A stretch of DNA of 32,000 bases from Caedimonas varicaedens (GTDB lineage Bacteria > Pseudomonadota > Alphaproteobacteria > Caedimonadales > Caedimonadaceae). The translations under genes and the position numbers were made by a program. The stretch spans positions 1 through 32,000 of the forward strand of contig BBVC01000099.1 in NCBI GenBank assembly GCA_001192655.1, given 5' to 3'. The notes under the pieces are model-generated. The model searched no databases, was not told where the DNA came from, and saw only the letters and a list, made by a program, of their open reading frames with translations. Below are positions 26,317-32,000 of this stretch, piece after piece (position 1 is the first letter of the stretch; each line of letters starts with the position of its first letter).

Positions 26317-27219
26317 TCAGGCTCTGATAAGACGGAATTTTTCTTTTTGTCGCTCATAATAGATAAGATGAAGTCCCCCACCAATGATAAGACAGCCGCC
26401 AATAATAATGTAAAAATCTGGGATATGTCCCCAAAAATAATAGCCAAAAGCGACAGCCCAAATGATGGCAACATAATCAAAAGGAGCAATGGAAGATACG
26501 GGAGCCAAACGATAGGAGTGAATCATGGCATATTGCGCGCTTCCTCCCAGAAGTCCGATCATGATAAAATTTTCCAAAAATTCCAGGGGAGGATGGCTCC
26601 AAAAAAAAGGGAGGACTAATCCGCTTAAAATAAAACAGGTCAGAGTAAAGGTTGCGACAATCAAACTATTGCTGTCTTCATAAGTTAACTCTCGTGTCTG
26701 TATCAGGGAAACAGCATGAAAAAATCCCCCTGCAAGAGCCATTAATCCCCCTATATTTAACGCATTTCCTGTAGGACGCAGCATCACAATAATCCCCAAG
26801 AAACCCAGGCATACTGTCACACAGCGTTGCAGTCCAATTTTTTCACCAAGATAAAAATGCGCCATGACTGTCAGAAAGAGAGGGGCAGAAAATGTCAGAG
26901 CATAGGCATCTGCAAGAGGAATAAGCCGAAAGGAAGAGATAAAACCGACCAGAGCTATACATGCAAAAAAACATCGAAAAAAGTGAAGACGGAAGCGTCT
27001 CGTGCGCCATAGAGCCGGAGAAGATTCGAAAGGAGCGATGCAAACAATAACAACACAAGAAAATAAACTTCGAAAAAAGATAATCTCGACGATGTGAATT
27101 GAATCAGGTAAGCTCTTGACGAGAACATCCTGAATAGCATACTGTCCCACGGACAGCATCATAAAGGCGACAGCTTTTGTATGAAAACAGGAAGCAGGGG
27201 TAACCCAGAGACGCGCCAT
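26317..27219 (-). CDS. DMT-superfamily (EamA-like) transporter
   Basis: 300-aa protein with about 10 hydrophobic helices arranged as two similar halves, as expected for the EamA duplication. No substrate can be inferred. Confidence 0.8.
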   Translation of the reverse strand: MARLWVTPASCFHTKAVAFMMLSVGQYAIQDVLVKSLPDSIHIVEIIFFRSLFSCVVIVCIAPFESSPALWRTRRFRLHFFRCFFACIALVGFISSFRLIPLADAYALTFSAPLFLTVMAHFYLGEKIGLQRCVTVCLGFLGIIVMLRPTGNALNIGGLMALAGGFFHAVSLIQTRELTYEDSNSLIVATFTLTCFILSGLVLPFFWSHPPLEFLENFIMIGLLGGSAQYAMIHSYRLAPVSSIAPFDYVAIIWAVAFGYYFWGHIPDFYIIIGGCLIIGGGLHLIYYERQKEKFRLIRA

Positions 27220-27329
27220 ACTCTTTGTCCCTTTTATTCAGACTATGAAATGAATATTCATTTAACAAGTAGACAGGATTGCGGTATTTGTTGTCAAGTG
27301 TTGCCATTATTCCCCCCATTGAGGATAAA

Positions 27330-29489
27330 GTGTATGATTACCTGAAAGATCTCAATGAGCCACAGCGTCAGGCTGTTGAAAAACTTGAGGGGTCTGTTTT
27401 GGTACTTGCTGGGGCAGGAACAGGAAAAACACGGGTTTTGACAACGCGTGTTGCGCATATCCTGACGTTGGCTAAGGCGTGGCCCTCACAAATTCTGGCT
27501 GTTACCTTTACCAATAAGGCTTCCCATGAAATGCGTGCACGCATTGCCCATTTGATTGGCAATTCAGCTGAGGGGCTGTGGTTAGGGACCTTTCATGCTC
27601 TGAGTGTACGGATTCTCCGCAGTCATGCTGAACTTGCCGGATTAAAATCAAACTTTACAATTCTTGATGCAGACGATCAGGTTCGTCTTGTAAAACAAAT
27701 TCTGAAAGCGGAAAATATAGACGAAAAACGATGGCCGCCTCGGCTTATTCAAACGATCATCAGTCGCTGGAAAGATCGGGGATACCTTCCCCATAAAGTC
27801 CCAGAATACGAATTGTCACAGGATTCAGCCAATCCTGCCCTTACAATCTATAAAATTTATCAAGAGCGTCTTAAAACTTTGAATGCTGTTGATTTTGGAG
27901 ATTTACTCCTTCATTGCATTACCATTTTCTCGGCTCATTCTGATGTATTAAAACGCTATCAGCAACAATTTCGCTATGTGATGGTTGATGAGTATCAGGA
28001 TACAAATGTAGCCCAATATTTATGGTTACGCCTGTTAGCCATGGGGCATAACAATATTTGCTGTGTGGGTGATGATGACCAGTCAATTTATGGATGGCGC
28101 GGTGCAGAAGTTGCTAATATTCTAAGATTTGAGAAAGATTTTCCTGACGCTGTCGTTATTCGGCTTGAACAGAATTATCGTTCTACCCCCGAAATTTTAG
28201 GAGCTGCAGCCGCATTGATTGCTCATAATAAAGATCGTTTGGGCAAAACATTATGGACAACGCAGGAAACAGGAGAAAAAATCTCTTTGTATGGACTGTG
28301 GGATGGCGAAAGCGAAGCGCGCTTTGTTGGAGAAGAAATTGAGCGTTGGCAAAGAGCAAAAGAATCACTGGCAAGCATGGCCATCTTGGTGCGCGCAGGT
28401 CATCAAACCAGAGAATTCGAAGATCGCCTGATCACATTGGCCATACCCTATCGTGTGATTGGCGGCCCCAAGTTTTACGAGCGTATGGAAGTTCGGGACG
28501 CTCTTGCTTATCTTCGTCTTATTGTGCAGCCCGAAGACAGCCTTTCTTTTGAACGCATCATTAATACGCCTCGCCGGGGAATTGGAAATTCTACCTTGCA
28601 AATTTTAAATCAGTTTGCACGCCTTGAACAAATATCGCTTGTTCATGCAACAGGAAAACTTTTGGGAACGGATGAGCTCAAGGGCGCTGCAAAAAATTCT
28701 CTTCGGCGTTTTCTGACAGATTTGGAACATTGGCAACGATGCCTTCAGACCATGACTCCTGCTGAACTTGCTCAAATGGTGCTGGATGAATCGGGTTATA
28801 CACAAATGTGGATGCAAGATAAATCTGCAGAAGCGCCAGGCAGGCTGGAAAACCTGAAAGAACTGGTTTCCGCACTGGATGAATTTCAAAGCCTGGGCGA
28901 TTTTCTTGAACATGTATCTCTGGTGATGGACAACAATTCGGCGGCTCAGTCAGAGGCTGTCAGCATTATGACACTTCACAGCGCAAAGGGTCTTGAATTC
29001 AACACTGTTTTTTTGGCAGGCTGGGAAGAGGGCATCTTCCCCAATGCTCGTTCCCTTGACGCTGAAGCGCGTGAAGGTTTGGAAGAAGAGCGGCGCCTGG
29101 CCTATGTCGGGCTGACACGTGCACGCAAGCGTGTTTATATTTCCTTTGTTGCGAACCGGCGCCTTCATGGATTGTGGCAGTCCTCTTTGCCTTCGCGTTT
29201 TATCGATGAATTGCCAAAAGATCTGGTTGACATTCATACGCAACCAGGCCTCTTCGCGCGTCGTTCTTATGAAGAAGAAGAGCAACGAATTAAAAAGCCT
29301 CTGCATTTATCTTCTTCGGCTCTTTCGCCTGCTTCAATGCCCAGAGCTTTGTATCAGGTTCGGGATCGGGTTTTTCATCTTAAGTTTGGATATGGACAAG
29401 TTGTTGAAGTCATGGGAGATAAACTTGAGGTTGACTTTGAGCATAGTGGGCTGAAAAAAGTGATGACTTCATTTGTTGAAAAAAAATAG
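27330..29489 (+). CDS. uvrD: ATP-dependent DNA helicase, UvrD/PcrA family
   Basis: SF1 helicase motifs: LNEPQRQAV, AGAGTGKT, TFTNKAS, VMVDEYQDTN, VGDDDQSIYGWRGA, NYRS, LHSAKGLEF, RRLAYVGLTRAR. I prefer the GTG at 27330 (GAGGA 4 nt upstream; MYDYLKDLNEPQ...). The TTG at 27279 is the ORF maximum. Confidence 0.9.
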   Translation: MYDYLKDLNEPQRQAVEKLEGSVLVLAGAGTGKTRVLTTRVAHILTLAKAWPSQILAVTFTNKASHEMRARIAHLIGNSAEGLWLGTFHALSVRILRSHAELAGLKSNFTILDADDQVRLVKQILKAENIDEKRWPPRLIQTIISRWKDRGYLPHKVPEYELSQDSANPALTIYKIYQERLKTLNAVDFGDLLLHCITIFSAHSDVLKRYQQQFRYVMVDEYQDTNVAQYLWLRLLAMGHNNICCVGDDDQSIYGWRGAEVANILRFEKDFPDAVVIRLEQNYRSTPEILGAAAALIAHNKDRLGKTLWTTQETGEKISLYGLWDGESEARFVGEEIERWQRAKESLASMAILVRAGHQTREFEDRLITLAIPYRVIGGPKFYERMEVRDALAYLRLIVQPEDSLSFERIINTPRRGIGNSTLQILNQFARLEQISLVHATGKLLGTDELKGAAKNSLRRFLTDLEHWQRCLQTMTPAELAQMVLDESGYTQMWMQDKSAEAPGRLENLKELVSALDEFQSLGDFLEHVSLVMDNNSAAQSEAVSIMTLHSAKGLEFNTVFLAGWEEGIFPNARSLDAEAREGLEEERRLAYVGLTRARKRVYISFVANRRLHGLWQSSLPSRFIDELPKDLVDIHTQPGLFARRSYEEEEQRIKKPLHLSSSALSPASMPRALYQVRDRVFHLKFGYGQVVEVMGDKLEVDFEHSGLKKVMTSFVEKK

Positions 29490-29522
29490 ATCTCTTTAGA
29501 AACCCAGTTTCTAAAGAGATCT
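29488..29522. terminator. Perfect 16-bp stem / 3-nt loop hairpin overlapping the uvrD stop codon
   Basis: AGATCTCTTTAGAAAC-CCA-GTTTCTAAAGAGATCT, read directly. On the plus strand it is preceded by A8 (29479-29486) and followed by AATAAATCG, with no U-tract. On the minus strand it is followed by A-T8, a textbook intrinsic terminator in that orientation. It lies between uvrD and prmA, and the prmA SD GGAG is at 29534-29537. Confidence 0.5.
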
Positions 29523-29544
29523 AATAAATCGCGGAGTTTTTCTG

Positions 29545-30402
29545 ATGTGGCGTCTCTCTTTCTTATCCTCTGTGGCTGAAGCTGAATATCTTGCTTCTCA
29601 ATTGGAAGATATCTGTCTGGCGGTATCGTGGTTTGAAAAAGATGCTCAAGCTCAGGTGTGGCAAGTAGAAGCAACATTCGAGGAACAGCCTGACGAAAAA
29701 AATATCAAGTCTCTTCTGGGAACACTTTCCTACGAACTGGCGCCATTGCCATCCAAAGATTGGCTGTCTGAAAACCGCAAATCCTTTCCTGCCATCGATA
29801 TTGGTCCTTTTTATATTTATGGATCGCACCATCAGGAGAAACTGCCTGAAGGGAAAATAGCTTTCAGGATTGATGCAGCAACCGCTTTTGGGACAGGACA
29901 ACATGCCACGACACAGGGATGCCTGCTTGCCTTACATGATTTGAAACAGGCAGGAATAAAGGTACAGAACTATCTGGATTTGGGATGCGGCACAGCCGTG
30001 TTGGCAATGGCGATGGCGCGTTTATTCCAGGTCAGGGGAATAGCTTCTGATAATGATCCAGAAGCCGTTGATCGAGCGAACCTTAACGTTGCAGAAAATC
30101 ATTTGGAGAGGTTTGTAGAGGTCATACTTTCGGAAGGCTTTAGTCATGAAAGGTTAGAAGCTCAGGCTCCCTACAGTTTGATTGCAGCAAATATCCTGGC
30201 CGACCCCTTGATTGCTCTGTCTCCGGAAATGGCACGCTTTATGGCAGAAGAGGGAAAAGTGATCTTGTCGGGACTTTTGCAAACTCAGCAACAAGGCACT
30301 CTAAAGGCGTATGAGAAGGTGGGATTTTCTCTGCAAAAAACATATCCTATGGCAGAATGGGTCACGCTTGTGCTGAAAAAAAACGGGAAAAGCATTCTTT
30401 AA
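29545..30402 (+). CDS. prmA: Ribosomal protein L11 methyltransferase
   Basis: PrmA architecture: an N-terminal domain, then IDAATAFGTGQHATTQGCL and the SAM-binding LDLGCGTAVLAMA ... ASDNDPEAV ... ANILA. 285 aa. Confidence 0.9.
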   Translation: MWRLSFLSSVAEAEYLASQLEDICLAVSWFEKDAQAQVWQVEATFEEQPDEKNIKSLLGTLSYELAPLPSKDWLSENRKSFPAIDIGPFYIYGSHHQEKLPEGKIAFRIDAATAFGTGQHATTQGCLLALHDLKQAGIKVQNYLDLGCGTAVLAMAMARLFQVRGIASDNDPEAVDRANLNVAENHLERFVEVILSEGFSHERLEAQAPYSLIAANILADPLIALSPEMARFMAEEGKVILSGLLQTQQQGTLKAYEKVGFSLQKTYPMAEWVTLVLKKNGKSIL

Positions 30403-30473
30403 AGAGCGTGTTTTGCATTGTAGAAATTTTTCCAATGTATTACTCTGCATAAAAAATCCAGGGGGGTATAAGG

Positions 30474-30914
30474 ATGTCAAGGTCTCTGTTTATTATTCTT
30501 TATAGTATTCTTTTTTCCAGTACTTTTGGACTTTGTTCCTCACTTCAAAAAGAAGAGGAAGAGGATAACTTTTTACAATATCGCCTTTACATGCCTCCCG
30601 CAGATGAAGTCGAACTTGTCAAGAAAGCTCGTGAATTGAAAAAAGCAATACAAGAAGAAAGAGAGGATCAGAAACGGTTTGTGGCGGTCAATGAAGCGAT
30701 TGCAATTTTGCACTCATATGATTCGCGTTTTCGTTCATTAACAGAGCCGCAGCTTTGCAGAATGCAGGATCTGTCAGCCGAAAAAGCCTTGAAATGTGAC
30801 TATGAGGGAGAGGAAATGCTCGATTTTAATTATAAAAAAGCAAGAGCTTTCTCTGAGTTAATGGATGCCTTGAGTCAGCTGTTTCCTCATTCTCTCTCGC
30901 AAGTGGTTAAGTGA
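30474..30914 (+). CDS. Hypothetical secreted protein (signal peptide, acidic/charged helical body)
   Basis: 146-aa ORF with a G-rich SD (GGGGGG) about 7 nt upstream. The N-terminus is MSRSLFIILYSILFSSTFGLCSS, followed by QKEEEEDN and K/E-rich segments. I recognise no family. It occupies an otherwise empty interval, with no better ORF on either strand. Confidence 0.5.
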   Translation: MSRSLFIILYSILFSSTFGLCSSLQKEEEEDNFLQYRLYMPPADEVELVKKARELKKAIQEEREDQKRFVAVNEAIAILHSYDSRFRSLTEPQLCRMQDLSAEKALKCDYEGEEMLDFNYKKARAFSELMDALSQLFPHSLSQVVK

Positions 30915-31075
30915 AAAAGTATTTTCTGAGACTTCTCCCTTGAATTTTCCTTTAAGCGCTAGCATCTATTAACGGAAAAATTCCTTATGGGCAATATATG
31001 GAAGTAAGAAAATTTTCTGGTATTTAACTTTTTCTCAGGGGACTTGTAATCGGTCTTCAATTAAATTTTCTCTTT

Positions 31076-32000
31076 TCAGGATACTGCCAGGGAAGAGAGA
31101 CTGTTTCTCTGACCAATTGCTTTTAAGGCTTGGCCGAGAAGTTCTTCTATAATTTCTGCTGTTGTCTGCTCTTTTTCCACAAATCCGACACTTTGCCCTG
31201 CCATAAGAGAACCTTCTTCAATATTTCCTTCAATAACAGCCTTGCGAAGAGCGCCTGCCCAATAATGCTCAATTTTAAGCTGGGCTTCTTTTAATTCTTC
31301 TTCGCCTCGTTCAACCTGATCGATCATCTTGCGTTGAAATTCTATAAATCGTTGCGCGCCGGCATTTGCAAGGGCGCGCACAGGAATAACAGGAAATCGC
31401 GGATCCAGCTGGGGAGAGACAATGGCTTCCCGTGCTGCTGCGTTAATAAAAGCCTGCTTGAAACGTGGATGGGCGCGAGATTCCCTGGCGCATACAAAAC
31501 GTGTCCCCAATTGGCAACCAGAGGCTCCCATTTCAAGGAAAGAGAGAATCATTTCTCCGCGTCCTATTCCCCCTGCAACAAAAACAGGAACCTCTTGAAT
31601 AACAGGTAAAATTTCCTGGGCTAAAATATTTGTGGAAACAGGTCCGATATGCCCACCTGCCTCATGTCCTTCAATAATCAGGGCATCAACCCCCTGTTTG
31701 ACAAAACGTCTGGCAAGAGCCAAAGCAGGAGCAAAACAAATGGTCTTGATCCCTGCCTGTTTCAGCTTTTCAATGGCTTCTTTGGGTGGGAGCCCACCCG
31801 CAAGAAAGACATGGCTGATAGAAAATTCCACACACACGTCAATCAACTCTGAGAGCATGGGGTGCAGCGTAATAAGATTAACTCCAAAAGGTTTTTTTGT
31901 GTATTCCTGAGTTTTTCGGATCTCATTCTTGAGAAGGTCTGGCGTCATGGCGCCACAAGCAAGAATTCCGAATCCTTGAGCATTGGATATGGCTGAAACA
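31076..32000 (-). CDS. Nitronate monooxygenase / FabK-like FMN-dependent oxidoreductase (5' end beyond window)
   Basis: TIM-barrel NMO-family blocks: FGVNLI, IIEGHEAGGHIG, PVFVAGGIGRG, GASGCQLGTRF. The frame stays open upstream of the track Met at 31948 to the window edge and reads ...SISNAQGFGILACGAMTPD, the usual N-terminal FMN-binding region. The gene is therefore truncated by the window. Confidence 0.8.
   Translation of the reverse strand, partial: VSAISNAQGFGILACGAMTPDLLKNEIRKTQEYTKKPFGVNLITLHPMLSELIDVCVEFSISHVFLAGGLPPKEAIEKLKQAGIKTICFAPALALARRFVKQGVDALIIEGHEAGGHIGPVSTNILAQEILPVIQEVPVFVAGGIGRGEMILSFLEMGASGCQLGTRFVCARESRAHPRFKQAFINAAAREAIVSPQLDPRFPVIPVRALANAGAQRFIEFQRKMIDQVERGEEELKEAQLKIEHYWAGALRKAVIEGNIEEGSLMAGQSVGFVEKEQTTAEIIEELLGQALKAIGQRNSLSSLAVS

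Noticed and set aside
26074-26619. 181-aa plus-strand ORF spanning the ptsP-DMT spacer and running antisense into the DMT transporter
   Set aside because: It has no recognisable motif and no SD. Most of it mirrors the transporter's hydrophobic codons. The minus-strand DMT gene explains the open frame.
27279-30402. UvrD-family helicase as part of a defence system (Gabija GajB-like or similar)
   Set aside because: It has the canonical housekeeping UvrD length and full SF1 motif set. No adjacent OLD/ATPase-nuclease partner is present. The neighbours are a DMT transporter and prmA.
1-32000. Search for rRNA, tRNA, tmRNA/4.5S-like RNA, CRISPR arrays, IS elements, integrases, long direct or inverted repeats, and toxin-antitoxin or known defence operons
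   Set aside because: Every non-coding gap is under about 250 bp. None contains a cloverleaf-compatible T-arm (GGTTCGAAT-like), a repeat-spacer periodicity or terminal inverted repeats. No ORF shows transposase, integrase or defence-nuclease motifs. I conclude that none is present, within the limits of inspection by eye.

Overview
The window reads as a gene-dense chromosomal core segment of a fairly AT-rich alphaproteobacterium. The lineage call rests on a MipZ division ATPase, a plant-type GshA, EI-Ntr PtsP, RodZ and an nrdR-glyA pair. All coordinates include the stop codon, as in the supplied ORF track.

Gene order, left to right:
- stand-alone EAL phosphodiesterase (+)
- J-domain membrane protein, mipZ, potI, potH, potG, frameshifted potF, gshA (all -)
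- alpha-2-macroglobulin and pbpC (+)
- nrdR, glyA, tadG-like, two tadE-like pseudopilins (-)
- a 52-codon flp pilin gene that the 60-aa ORF track misses (+)
- prfA, hisS, rodZ, ptsP, DMT transporter (-)
- uvrD, prmA, an orphan secreted protein (+)
- a nitronate-monooxygenase/FabK-like gene running off the right edge (-)

I found no rRNA, tRNA, CRISPR array, transposase, integrase or large repeat.

I see no convincing evidence for a wholly undescribed multi-gene system. The parts most worth a second look are:
1. A machinery-less Tad minor-pilin module with the hidden flp gene, inserted between housekeeping genes.
2. The intact-thioester alpha-2-macroglobulin/PBP1C pair.
3. A potF gene split by a single frameshift inside an A8 tract.
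4. Several perfect palindromes or hairpins in short spacers, including a 16-bp hairpin at the uvrD stop codon whose T-tract is on the strand with no gene to terminate.

All functional calls come from motif recognition by eye, not from database searches.
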